Of a DNA stretch of 64,000 nucleotides, positions 24,001 through 37,447 are shown in pieces. Under the pieces are notes generated by a model. The model was not told the origin of the DNA. It saw only the letters and a list, made by a program, of their open reading frames with translations, and searched no databases. Numbering within the stretch: the stretch's first letter is position 1; the number at the start of each line of letters is the position of its first letter. This DNA comes from Octopus vulgaris. Lineage: Eukaryota. A program made the translations under genes and the position numbers. The stretch spans positions 47,802,001-47,866,000 of the forward strand of contig OX597822.1 in the NCBI GenBank assembly GCA_951406725.2, written 5' to 3'.

Positions 24001-27000
24001 ATCCCTCTTGACTATAAAATTCTTAATTCTTTGAGCGGTTAGATAATTTATGAATTCATCGTAGGTTTTCGTTTACTGATTTCATGTAGTTCATATTGAG
24101 AGCTTTTGTGGTTAAGGGAAACGTCTGGGGAAAATAACTCTGAGGTAGGCTTCGGTTATAATTGAAACACCTAAAACTTTGGAGAAATTATGGAATGTTC
24201 ATATGAAATCCATAAGGAGTTTGTGGATTAAAATTGCAGATAAAGTATTTGGGTCACCTCAGTTTTCGAATATGGAAAACCTACTTACTCGCTGCTTTCT
24301 ACCCATAGTTGCTCAAGACACACACTCTCACTCATTGTGTGTGTGTTTCGAATATTTATTGTGTGTGTATGCATTGAAAGCTGAAGCTTGCTCACTCGTT
24401 ATTTCCAAATGATTGTCCATTTTCTATATATATTTTATCTTTTACTTGTTTCATGACTGCGGCCATGATGGGGCACTGTCCTGAGGAATTTTAGTCGAAC
24501 GAATCAACCCTAGGACTTATTTTCTTGAAGTCTGATACTGATTCTATAGATGTCTTTTGCTGAACTGCTAAGTTACAGGGACGCAAACGCACTACCATCG
24601 GTTGTCAAGCGGTGGTGGGGGACAGGCTTCGACAGAGACGGACTTCTTTCCGTTTCCGTCTCCCAAATCCACTTACAAGGCTTTGGTCGGTCCGAGGCTA
24701 TAGTAGAAGATACATGCCTAAGGTGCCACCCAATGTGACTGAACCCGGAACCATGTGGTTGGGAAGCAAACTTCTTACTATACAGTCACCTCTGCGCCTG
24801 TGCTTCCCATCTTACTCCTTAACTTGTTCCTGGGTCTCTTCTTTGTAGTGGGGGAGACCTCACTCGACGCATTGAAAACACTGCCCGTCTAACACTTCGT
24901 TTCTTTTCTTTTAAAAAAAAAAAACTTAATAAGAAATCTGGTTAAACTGGTATTAGTTTGTATTGATAGAAATTTATATACAATGAGTTCGTGTGTCGTG
25001 GGAGAGAAGGGCTAGGTTGCGTTTAAAAAAAAATATTTTAGTAACACGGAGAAACGTTTTAGAAATAAATTGAAAAATTGAAACGGAATCGACGAAAAGT
25101 ACTTAATTTGTGCTTATATACTGTTGTGTACTTAGTTTTGGTTGTACAACTGCTATAAGAGCGTATATTTGTTGATTTTTTTTTCTCTTGTATTTCAATA
25201 GACTGCTACAATAGAAAATAACATAAAGGTTTTTCAACCGTAACTATCCATTCAATATGTATTATGCACATCCATACATTTTGTATTAAACTTTTTCGAT
25301 TTATTGTTTTATGTAAAGATGTTACTTGTTATAGTAATATATCTATATTCTATTCATATATTTTGGACAATGTGTCGACTGGATTATCATAGTTGGAACG
25401 CCTTTGTGTTATTTGTGTAAATAAAGCAAGTAAAATTGTGAGATGTTCTTATAGCAGTGCGTAAACACAGTTACATTGCAGCGTATCAACGGAATCTAAG
25501 TACATTTCGTCCTTTCCATTTCGGATTTTCATTTCACTGCTGAATGATTTCGACAGGTTACTAATAATACAGGAAACTACCAAGGCTGTCTTTTCGTCTG
25601 AGATAGTTGACTCCCCCACCAGCTGCTTTAAGTAAGGTGGTGGTAAGGGTTCGATTTTGATGATGATATTTCCAAAATAATATGTTGATGACATTTGGTC
25701 CCAGATGATAACTAGATCCGTGAACAGTCAGTTTATTTATTTATTTTTTTATCCAAGTGACTACTTTTCACAAGTGTACGTCTGTAGTATGTGCTGGATG
25801 TTGAATTGAAAGTCCCTCTTTCACTCGCACCTTATTCACTGCGGTCCACATATATTGTAGTAATTGTATGTGCACCACACAACAACGGTAATACTCATAC
25901 ATTCTCACTCACTCACTCACACACACACACTGCAGTTCCCACATCGGTATTGTTCATAGTTAAATTAATGTTAGACAGAAGGTTGTGATGTGCACACAAC
26001 AATAAGTAAAATTATGACTACAGCTGCATACACGGCATAGCGGTGGCTCGGCTAAGTTAAATTACATACGGGTACAAGCGAAAATATCAGGCATTTAATA
26101 TATACATTAATTAATATTTAATGTATCAGTAATATATAAGAAATCAATAGTTTTGTTTTTCATTAATTAGAAAGACATTTTTTTAAAGCTTTATAGTAGC
26201 TAAAAGACTCAAGTTAGTCAAATAAATTTCTAAATTGGTGTCCGTTTGATTAGCAAGTGAATAAGGAGAATTAGCATTCACATGTTCCGAGTTTTGTCCG
26301 AAGGGTGTTTTATTTCATTTCATTTATTTTTATCTTCTTGAAATCTCCTCAGAATTTCTTGCCTATAGAGTATATAATTACGATTCCTTAATACACGAGA
26401 TCAGGAAATATTTGTGAGAAAAATAAGTCGTATTTGTACTTTATTTTACGGATTGCAGGACAAAAGGTTAAACTTGAACTCGGAACGCAATTAAAAAAAA
26501 AAAAAAAAAAGAGTCGGAACATACATAGCGCTAGGTGTTTTTATCCAACTCTATGCTTATCCATGGTGTTTAACAATATTTTTCTACTATAAGTCCTGTC
26601 ATTTTAGGGGAGAGAGTCTCGGTTAGTTGAAAAGTAAAGTCGACCTAGGCGGAATTCGAACTCAGAAGAAATGCCGTTCGGAATTTTGCCCGATTCTTCC
26701 AGCTCGCCGCTCTTAGTTGAACTGTTTAAACTCCACTAAAACCGGGTAATGAGAAAAATTATCGGCGTTACTTATTTATTATTTTATTATTGTGGGTTTT
26801 AATTTCAGTGAATTTAAATTTGTTTTTTGACTTACATTGTTAATCCGCACTTATATAAACCAGTGTCTAGCTTATAAACCGGTTTTTTAGGGTTCCAAGT
26901 CAGCTCTAATTGAACAGGTCTTGTAATCCAAGCACCTTCCCTTCGTCTACATTCCCGCTTTGTGTGTGTGTGTGTGTGTGCAAACTACATTGATAAATGT

Positions 27001-27676
27001 CTCCTTCCAATTTTTAGACCTTGAAGCGGGAGAGGAGATTTAAAGGAATTTGTTTTTTGTGGCTAGGCAAGCGACTGTATTCTCATAGACTCGTGTATGC
27101 CACTCGGTTGAGGATTGACCCTTTGTCTCCCGCATGACAAGCGGGAGTTCTTACCACCAAACCATTTCTGAATGCTTGATAAAGTCATCTAAGGACCAGC
27201 TGTTTTGCATTCCTTGTATTTTTGGAAGCGTTCATTGTTTCCCACATTCAGAACAGGTCTCTTTTTTTTTAGGGGGTGGGGTATCTTCCCTACTTGCCTT
27301 CCCTTCTGGTTAAACAATAGAGTGGGGGGAGGCATCTTTTTAACGGTTATGTACAGCCACATTTTCTACGTTCATTTCTTTTTAAGACGGCAGTGTCGTT
27401 TAAGATTTAGCTGCTGTTTCTAACAAGTCGAGTGAGTGACCACATAATTTGTGCTGGTTGGGAATCTCCCTAACCGGTCGTTTAATATAGTCCTAACCAG
27501 CTAGATTTTACTTATCAGTTTCATGAATTTAGTATTAGTGTGTGTGTGTGTGTGTGTTAAATGCGTATTATTTTAACGTTATAGCAACTGTATAATTACT
27601 GTTGGTATGATTCATTACTGACAGCAAAGTCAAACTAGGTTTCGCCTGACGGTTTGTTCAACCAGTTCAGTAAATA

Positions 27677-27880
27677 TATTTCTTTACTACCCATAGAGGG
27701 GACAAAGGGATTAAGTCGATTACATCGACCCCAGTGCGTAACTAGTACTTAATTTATCGACCCCGAAAGGATGAAAGGTAAAGTCAACCTCGGCGGAATT
27801 TGAACTCGGAACGTAACGACAGACGAAATACGGCTACGCATTTCGCCCGGCGTGCTAACGTCTCTGCCAGCTCGCCGCCT
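27677..27880 (-). mobile_element. Young SINE family A copy with 20-bp TSD
   Basis: ttcaacc(a/g)gttcagtaaata at 27657-27676 and 27881-27900; CpGs intact. Confidence 0.9.
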
Positions 27881-27926
27881 TTCAACCGGTTCAGTAAATA
27901 GTTAAGCGAGAGTCCCGGTCGACTTG

Positions 27927-27980
<54 letters not shown>

Positions 27981-29393
27981 CCACCCCTCCACATGTTATA
28001 CATTAATATTTATTACTCATGCTGCCTATCGATTCGATTGATTATATTCCGGTAAATGTGTGCCATTGTGGGGCTAACGGCAAAGTTGCTAGTGTAACGC
28101 ATGAAAAGCCGAGCTTCTATTTAAGTATTTTCTACGTTCAAATCCCATCAGAGTTGTTTAAAAAAAAAAAAACGAGAATGCAGTAGGGTCGATTAAATCC
28201 ATTCTAACCCTCCTCCCTTCAAAATATGTGGTCTTATGATAGTATTAGAAGTTATGTATTCTATAGTATTTGAAATTAATTATTATAAGTCACTGAATGC
28301 CAGTTGAGCACTGTGGGTCGATGTCATCGATTTACTCCCCCTCGAAATTGCTGGCCTTGTGTCAAAATTTGAAACCAATATTGTTATAATAAATGTCTTG
28401 CTTCAGTGTAAACAGCTTGCGAACGTTAACTGCAACTTAGACGTTACAGTCTGGCAATAATATCCCTTGTCACGAAACAATTACATCTCACACACACACA
28501 CTTGCATATCGTTGCAATTTTGCAAGTGTCGTAAGTCCAAAACATTGCTTTTTCAGAAAACGAAAATGTAGTTTCACCATTCCATTCCTTTTTTACATTA
28601 GCAACAGTTTCAGCCTAACAATAATACTTTGTTGGGTGCATAAAATCGTAACTCCATGCATGTAATGACATTTTCAGTCAGAAATATTTTTGCAAAACTG
28701 TCGTATGTGGGACTCACTACACTTTTGAAAAATGCTTTGTACTACACTTTGACAATTTTTATCTGAAGCAGCTGGAGATACTATAGTTTGACTAAAAGAA
28801 CCGGCTATTGCAAGCAAAAAAAAAAAAAATATTGAATTAAAAAAAAAAACGCATTCGGCCAAATTTAGACATACGACAGTTTAACATAATAGCAACTATG
28901 TGTGTGTATACACACACTTCTTTATTTACGAATTTACCTTATAATTTTCTTCGCTAATTTTATTATACTTTGGCAGAGACGGCAGAAAATTAGTTGAGAT
29001 TTTCTTTTTGTTTTGTTTTTTTTATTATAAAGCCTTCTCTATCACTGTCATCTCTTCTGATCTCTCTCTTTTATCGACGGCATTGTGAAGTTAATCATTA
29101 AAACGGTAAGCAGAATTTATAGAGCGGTGAATCATTTTGAGTGATGACAGATCTATTAGATATTGCAGTGTTTAGTTATCTCCCTTTACTTTCTGAGTTT
29201 ATAACTCCCGTCGAAGTTGAACTTCGCCTTTCAAAACTTCAATCTCGTTAAAATAAAGTACCGGAATACTGACGTCAATCGATATTATTAATCGTTCCCT
29301 TTTTGTACCCACTCCCAAACTATCTGGCCTTATGTCTAGATTAGAATATATATTTTCTTTTATTTCTAAATTGTTATTTTCTTTGTTTTGCAG

Positions 29394-29554
29394 TTAAAAT
29401 GCCGCATAGATCGCATGGAGCGCCGTTTGTCTATTCTGAAGCAGAAAGACGAGCCAATGAACTCCTCCTATCATATGTCAAAGACCCAGGCTAGCAATGA
29501 AAGCACCGGTGACAGGGGCAGTAAGAAGATTGCCTTTCTAAAACGTAGAGAAAG
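29394..29554 (+). CDS. MSL1: MSL1 exon (end of coiled coil) LKCRIDRMERRLSILKQK...FLKRRE
   Basis: Acceptor tttgttttgcag, donor gtaagc, 161 nt, phase 0 to 2. Confidence 0.92.
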
Positions 29555-32500
29555 GTAAGCAGTTTTCCTTCTTCCTACACTTTCCTCATTGTCTCATTTT
29601 TTCCCTCTCCCTTATCTTTACTTCGTTTCCCCTACCCCACTCTCTTCTCTCCCCTCTGTTTCTTTCTCTCATAGTTTTCTTTAGTCTCCTTCTTGCTTTT
29701 TTCTCTTGGATTTTCGTCCCCCCTCCCTCAAGTTTCAACTTTCTCCCTAGTTTTCCTTCTCTTTCCCCTTATAGCTTGCTCTAAGGCAGCGGTTCTCAAC
29801 TAGGGTCCGTATAATCTTTGAGGGTCCATATGAGATTTTGTTGTCGGAATTTATGTGCAATAAATTGGATATACATCTATGGTATACAAAGCAGAACCCT
29901 GGTATCTTCAGAGAAATAGCCCTGCTCAGTATGCAGAAAAGTGGGTAGGTCTAAGCTCCATACACTGTACCAAGGTAAACTATGGACACGTAAGGGATGT
30001 AGTGGAATTAGAGACAGATTAACAGAGAACCTAAGCTTTGTATGTGATAGATGTCCTGGAATAAAAACAGAAAGAGATTCTCTTAAATGCCCTGATGGTT
30101 CACTAGAAGTAGTTCATAGCTTTAGTAACCGAGGAAATATAATTAGCAAAGGAGGGATTGCTCTGGAAGTATAGAAGCCAAGAGTGAGCATGGACTGAAG
30201 AAAGGAGCCACTACCATTGCTGGTAATACATGTCTTTTCTTTCAGAATGAAAGGCAGGTTGTATGATAGTTGTGTTAGAATTGTGATACAGAGTGGTAGT
30301 GAGACATGAGCTTTGAATGTAGAAGACATGAGAAAACTGGAAAGATATGAAGTGAGTATACTCTGTTGGATGTGCAATGGAAGTGTGCAGGAATGACAAA
30401 GACTGAATATGGGAGGAATCTGGTGTAATTGCAAGAAAGACGTCTGTGCTGATATCGACTTGGTCAAACCATCCAACCCATGCCAGCATGGAACATGGAG
30501 GTTAAGGATACTACTTATTTATAGTTGTGTATAACAAAATTATGAATAATTCATTTTTCCAGGACACTCAAATATTAGATAGAAATTGTTTTTTGTTAAA
30601 AAAAATTTTTTTTATATAATCTACAGGGCACCTGTAGATTTTTGAAAAACATTGGTCTCGTCTGTTTACTTCCTTCTTCTTTTTTTGCTTCTTCTGACTC
30701 AGTACATTGCCTAACATTGTGTCTTCAACTTTGTTCATTATCTACCTCTAACTTACAGAAAATTTGGAGTTGATGCCCAGAACGTTCAAAAGAAAGTGAT
30801 ATCAGACTCCACAAGGTCCAAATCACATTCTGTAACGAAAAACAAGCTCTCTTGCCACAACAATAACTCTGTGTCGAAATGTACGGAGCTGTCGGAAAAT
30901 GGGGAGCTGATTTTACGAACTGACAATTTATATTATGTCTCTTACTATGAACCACCTCCTCCCACAGAACGAGTGTTAGTGAATTCACGACACACCAACG
31001 ATGAAATATGTCCTGATGGTACAAAAGGTAAGCTGTACGGAAGCTTGGCATGTGGTTGCCAAACACTTGCATCTTTTTTCTTTTTTCACATTGATTACTT
31101 GATATTTTATTTACCATACTTAATGGTATGTAAGGTGTGCTTTCTTCCATAAAAAAATGTCTCGAAAATCAAATCACTTTGGTTCTATATACAAAATTAC
31201 TTTCATTATTACACGCTTTCATGCACTAAAAAAAATTTTTTTTTTTTGCTTCCCTGAATATGCACTGCTGAAATTGGAGTGCATCATTTATGCCCTCAAA
31301 TGCAATATTTTAAATACATCGATATCCATATGTGTAGGTAGCAGAAATACTTGGAGATTCTTTGTGCGTGAGCGAGAGAGGTTGAGTTTGTTTATTGTTC
31401 AGTTTTGGTTGGTTGACATATTGCAAGAGATACAAAAGTAACTTGGTTGAATGGTGTTGAGTGGATGAGCTTTGGAGTTTGACAGTGATGGTTGGAAAGT
31501 AACTATGGTAGAAGTACAACGAAAACAAAAGTTATAGGTCTCACAAATGCTGTAACTTAACATTTTTTTTGTCACATCGTTTTTCTTGTTAGCTTCAGTG
31601 GTACAATTTACTTACTGGAGTGTAATGATTGCATTTTCTCTTATAGAGCTGGATAGCTGCTCTACCTTGTGCTAACCCAGTCAAACTTGCACTAGGATTG
31701 GTGTTCATTTTGTTGCCAACACAAGCATGCTAGTAGAAAGAGAGTTATGTGCCTTGTCTGGGAACATAACAATGATAATATGCCACTGGTGTTGATGGCG
31801 ACACAACTCTTGTAAATAGCTTTTATTTGCTATCAGTGGAGTGTTTCCAAGCAAAGACATTGTTTATTGGTGATATCTGAACACTTCTATAAAATTGCTC
31901 AAATTATAATTAGAGTTGACTGTTTAAACCTTTCTGTTGCTACCATTGCATTGTAAGGGAGGTTGTAATACTTTCTGTGAAACCATAGACAAGTTGAACT
32001 GTGTTTAATGCACGCTTCCTTTCCATTCTGTAAAGTAGTCAGAAAATTATAATCCATTGATATTATTAACAGATAAAAATATAAGGAACATTTTAAATTA
32101 TATATGAAGTTGAGTGTTTTTTTTTGTACTACTAACTACAAAAACTACCAATATCTCAAAGATATGACTGATGTATCTACATGTGTGTGTGTCAATGTTT
32201 TTTGTCTGTATATGTTGTCAATGCTTGAATACATTTTACACTACAAGTTATTTTAGTTAAGAATATCTAAAATGTATTGTGTTATGATATATTTGTTGTG
32301 AATGTAATTTATATTGTAGTTAGAAGCACAGAATATATTCATCCAAAAGACATTGTCTTCACATTTTCCTATGTATGTGTAATTGTATTATAGTACATTT
32401 TGCACTCAGTATTTCTCTAATGGAGCCACTAATGTATAAATGACCTGTTGTTATGTACCTGTATGCTTAACTGATTTTGTTTCGTTTAGAACTTGTAACT

Positions 32501-35500
32501 CAGCCATTGTATATATGAGTTGAGTTGACTGCTGAATATCCCAATAACTTGCAGAAGAATAAATAAAACTTTGTATTTGTTTTTCAATTAGTGACTGACG
32601 AATAAGAAATTACTTGATGTCAATCAATGAAACATTCCTAACAAAAACAGAATCACTTTAAGCCTCTCTATAATGCATTCAAATTGATTGATCAGGCAAT
32701 CGGCTGCCTAATGGAACAAGGGAGATAACCGTGTTTCAGCTGATACGGGTGACATCACACGTTTTTGGTAAACGTGAATTTAGGCATTTTAGCCTTTCTC
32801 CTAATAATTATATGTATGTGTAAGGTACATGTAGGTTATAGTAGATCGATGCCTATGAATCGAGACAGGACAATTTTATTTGTTCTATGTGAGGCATTTA
32901 AACTGAGTCAAACAGTCAGTACTATGACTCTAGGCCCCAGTAGCAGCTACCTTTTTATGCTTGCATGGGTCAGATGGAATTTGTTGAGACAGATTTTTTT
33001 CTTCGACCAGATGCTCTTCCTGTTACCAAACCTCATCAGTTTCCAAGCAATGTAATATGTTTTTCATGGAATCTTGGAAGTGAAGGACTCCACTTACATG
33101 ATGGTGCAAATATCATGTGATACAAACTATCACATGGTATCAAAGTAACATGGAATGGCTGTGTGGTATGAAGCTTGCTTACCAACCACATGATTCTGGG
33201 TTCAGTCCCACTGCGTGGCAACTTGAGCAAGTGTCTTCTACTGTAGCCTCGGGCCAACCAAAACCTTGTGGGTGGATTTGGTAGACAGAAACTGATAGAA
33301 GCCCATCGTATGTATGTATGTATGTGTATGTTTGTTCCCCCCAACATAGCTTGACAACTGATGCTAGTGTGTTTACATCCCCATAACTTAGCAAGAGACT
33401 GATAGAATAAGTACTAGGCTTACAAAGAATAAGTCCAGCCCTGGGGTCGGTTTGCTCAACTAAAGGCAGTCCTCCAGCATGGCTGCAGTCAAATGACTGA
33501 AACAAAAGAATAAGAGAGTATATGTACTTTTATGGGTTTTCTTTCAGTTTCCATCTACCCAACCCATTCATCATGCTTAGGTCTGCCTGAGGCTATAGTG
33601 GGAAACATTTGCTCATGGTGGGACTGAACCTGAAGTTGTGGTTGTGAAGCAAACTTCTTACCACACAGCCACACCTGCACCGATGTGTGGGTGGTGGGGG
33701 CGCTTTACGTGTGCTTTCCACGCTGGCATGTGATAGATGGATTGCTGCAATCCAAGTCAGTTCTTATTCTGGATTCTTTGACATTTCTGGATATCCTTTC
33801 AGCCAGCAACTGCTTTACAGGTGCATTTCATCATGGCAGTGGCAGTGGAAAGCTTGTCATGTGCCATTGCCTTGTATCCCGGTAAGGGTAAAAAGTTCTC
33901 ATTACACAATGATCTGTAAATATGATGTTAATGATGTCTGTGTGTCCATGTTGTTGTTAATATTACTAATGTTGCTGTCTAATTACGGAAGCTGTAATCT
34001 AAACTACTCGTACTTGTTTCTTTTAGTAGAAATTCCACATTGGCGGTTACGGACAGTTGCCAATTGTTATACTTTAGAGGGTACAGAAGTAAGTCTTTTT
34101 CTTTCTTTCTTTCTTTCTCTCTCTCTCTCTCTCCCCAAAATCCTGCTGTTTGTAAACAAACTATATGTGGGGTAGAAGTAGCAGTGAAATAAGGGTGTAC
34201 CAGTCATCTGCTGGTGTCTGTTCAACCAACTGTTCTTGCCTTGTACCCATGTGATAAAATCGACCATTTCCTGTTTATAACAAGCTTTTTGCTTTGATCC
34301 CAACATAGTCGCCTCCCATAAGGTTTCCTCACTTTCAGCTAACCTCCACCCATCCCCTTTCTGTTTTACTCCATTACATAACCACCTACCTTTGGATCAC
34401 GTGAAACGAGTTTGTAACCAAGGCCCTGTTGTTTTCTTTTTACAGAATTTAGAAGATGAAGTGTTTACTAAGCGCCATCAAAAACCTGAACATGAAGAGA
34501 AACGGAGAAAACGGTAAATAGATCTTTTGACAGAGATGTGTATTGTTTTTGTTTAGCCTCATGTCAGCTCTGAACAAGCAGAACTACTATCACAGTCACT
34601 CCAGATGCAGCCATCCCCCCCTTTTTTTTCTTTTTTTTTTTATTGTTACCCTTCTAAATATACTCTGTCTAGAACAGCTGATTTGATTGCATACAAGATA
34701 CACTTTTAGGTTTCCCTCCCCAATAAAATGTCTCAAGAAACTTACTCTGAATCCTACATGTTTAATTGGGCCTAAAAGCTTTCTTTCTGAATATGCACTG
34801 CTGAAATTGGGGTCCATCTAATATGCCTGTGCATCTTTTATGTCATCAATGACGGTATATGTTAGTCAAAGTATCTTTTGGAATGAGACAGAAAACTTGA
34901 AATGAACCTGCAATAATTACAAAGCTACAGTTGCTCCAACATAGAATTTGTTTGTGAAACATCTGTTGATCTCAGGCAGTCATAGATAAACTGCTGGCCA
35001 TTTGCTCTCCACAGGACTTTCTGAATGGCACACCTAATGGGAGAGTTACCTGGAATTCTTTTAGTAGTGCAGTACCACCTGATTATGAACCATGTCTGAT
35101 GTGGCCTATTTCTTAAAAAAGGTTTCCCATACATGCATATCTCCCCTTTCCGTACCCCCAGTGTTTATTCAAGTGAAAAACTCTTGATTTGGGCCTAAAC
35201 ACCCATGTCTTCAAAAACTTTTCTATCGGGACACAAACAACTGAGACAGATACAGTAAGGCATTTCACTGCCTACCACCTTCAATTGCTACTTTTTTTTT
35301 TATTTACCTTCAGAGGTTAGGATCTTGCTGTGTAACCATGTGGTTTCCCATCATGCAGAACCTTAGACAAGAGTATTTTTCTACTATTGACTGCTCAATT
35401 TTTATTTACTAAAAGCTTAGTAAATAAACTATCACACATATGAGACATTGTCATAACTGATCAGCAGATTTTTGGAATAGCTATCACTCCTCATGAATAA

Positions 35501-37402
35501 GAAAAAGAACGAAGAATTGGGTGGTGGTTTCCTTCTGTGAAATTATTTATCCAAAGCAATTTTTTGCCCTCCAATTCTGGTATATTTTTATTGGTACTTT
35601 TCTCCTTATTGTAAAAATCCACTGATCATCTATTACACCTGTCTCACAAGTGTGATTGTTTATTTACTAATTCCTTCAGTAAATAAATAAAATTGGATAA
35701 TAGGGCACCTGGGGAACTGTTTTGTACTCTATATGTGTATGCAGTTGTTAACATACCATCATGGCTTTGCTTGCCATTGTCTGAGCAAATCAGTAACATG
35801 ATGTTTACATTACTTGTTGTCATTGTGACCAATTGCTCTGTGCCTTCTAAGACATTTGGAGTAAAAAAATCTTTTATTTGAAAACAAGTATTTGTTGATA
35901 ACAGGAAGGGATCCAGCTGTAGAATGTTGCTTTAACCCCCCCACCACCACCACCATCTGATTTGTCCCCACATTTTCCAGGTGGTACAAGACAGTTTAGT
36001 TTGTTTCTCTCTGCATACACTGTGGGACTCACAGATATGTATGATGGGCACAAGCGTTGCTAAACAACTTCTTCCCAACCATGTGTTCTTGGGTTCAGTC
36101 CCCACTATATGCCACCTTGGCAATGTGCCTTCCGCTATGGCCCTGGATTAACCAAGCCTTCATAAGTGGGTTTGATAGATGGAAGCTGAAAGAAGCCCAT
36201 CATATTAGTATTGAAACATAGTTTTGCAAACAGATGCCCTTCCTGTTGCTAACTCTTACCTGTTTTCCAAGTAATACTAGTTTCATTTTCATCTTTATCT
36301 ATATGTTGTATCTCTTTATGTGTCACAGGTGGGACCTTCAACGGATGCGAGAACAGAAAATGTATGAAAAATTACGAGAGAAAGAGAAACCAGATTCAAA
36401 AGACTCCAAAGATGGCGATAATTTCTTAACGTCTTTTTATCCTTCATTAGAAGACAGTAAGTTGTAATCTTCTTTCTGTCCTTGCATCCGGATTACTTCA
36501 TCAAATGTAATGCTTATTTGTTCACATTGCTTAGAATTAATCATGATCTCATAGCTTCAAGATTTCGTTGATGTGATTGTTAATTTTTGAAATCCCATTG
36601 TAAAGTAGGTGTGAGAGGCTGGTTCTGGTCAGTTTTAACAAACCAAGGAAACTATTTGGACCGGATATAGATGGTTTAAATGCTAAAGGATTAACCATAT
36701 TTTGTTACCATATTTCTGTTGAGATCCGATGCCTTCCTTTCAATTAATTTTGAGAATAAAGAATTTAGTTGAAAGTTTTTATTTAAATGACTTTTAAACA
36801 AGAAATTTGTATCATAGAAGGGTCAGGCATGTGACATGAAGTGATTGCTTAAATGTGTAGTTGTCTCCCCTAAGAACTACTATGTCAGCTAAACCACTCT
36901 TGCATAAAAATGCCAGCAATACTGTATATTTCCTCATTCTGTGCTTTCTGAAATGGCTAGTTTAGTCCCAAGTCAGCTCTCATTGTTGATTTGTTTGGCT
37001 AAACTCTTCATGTGAAAGATAAATTGAGTTAAACCCTATTATGTAGTTGGTACCACTTTGACACCCTTCATTTCCCCTGTCACTCTCCATGGAGAAGAAT
37101 GAAAATCAAAGTTGAGTGGCTGGAATCAGGAATAAGAATTAAACCGAGGACATGTATTTGAGATAAGATTATAGCCTCAGGCTGGCCAAAGCCTTGTAAG
37201 TGGATTTAACAGATGGAAACTGAATGAACCTGTTGTGTGTGTGTGTGTGTGAAAGTGCAGGTGTGACTGTGTGGTAAGAAGTTTGATTCCAACCTCATGG
37301 TTTCAGGTTCTGTGGCACCTTGGGCAAGTATCTCCTCCTGTAGCCTTGGGTTGACCAAAGCCTTGTGCATGGATATGGTAGCCAGAAACTGAAAGAAGCC
37401 TG

Positions 37403-37447
<45 letters not shown>

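Noticed and set aside
31028-31152. Read-through of the MSL1 exon into a hydrophobic tail (ORF 30796..31152)
   Set aside because: A strong gtaagc donor at 31028 and T-rich intron composition explain the extension.
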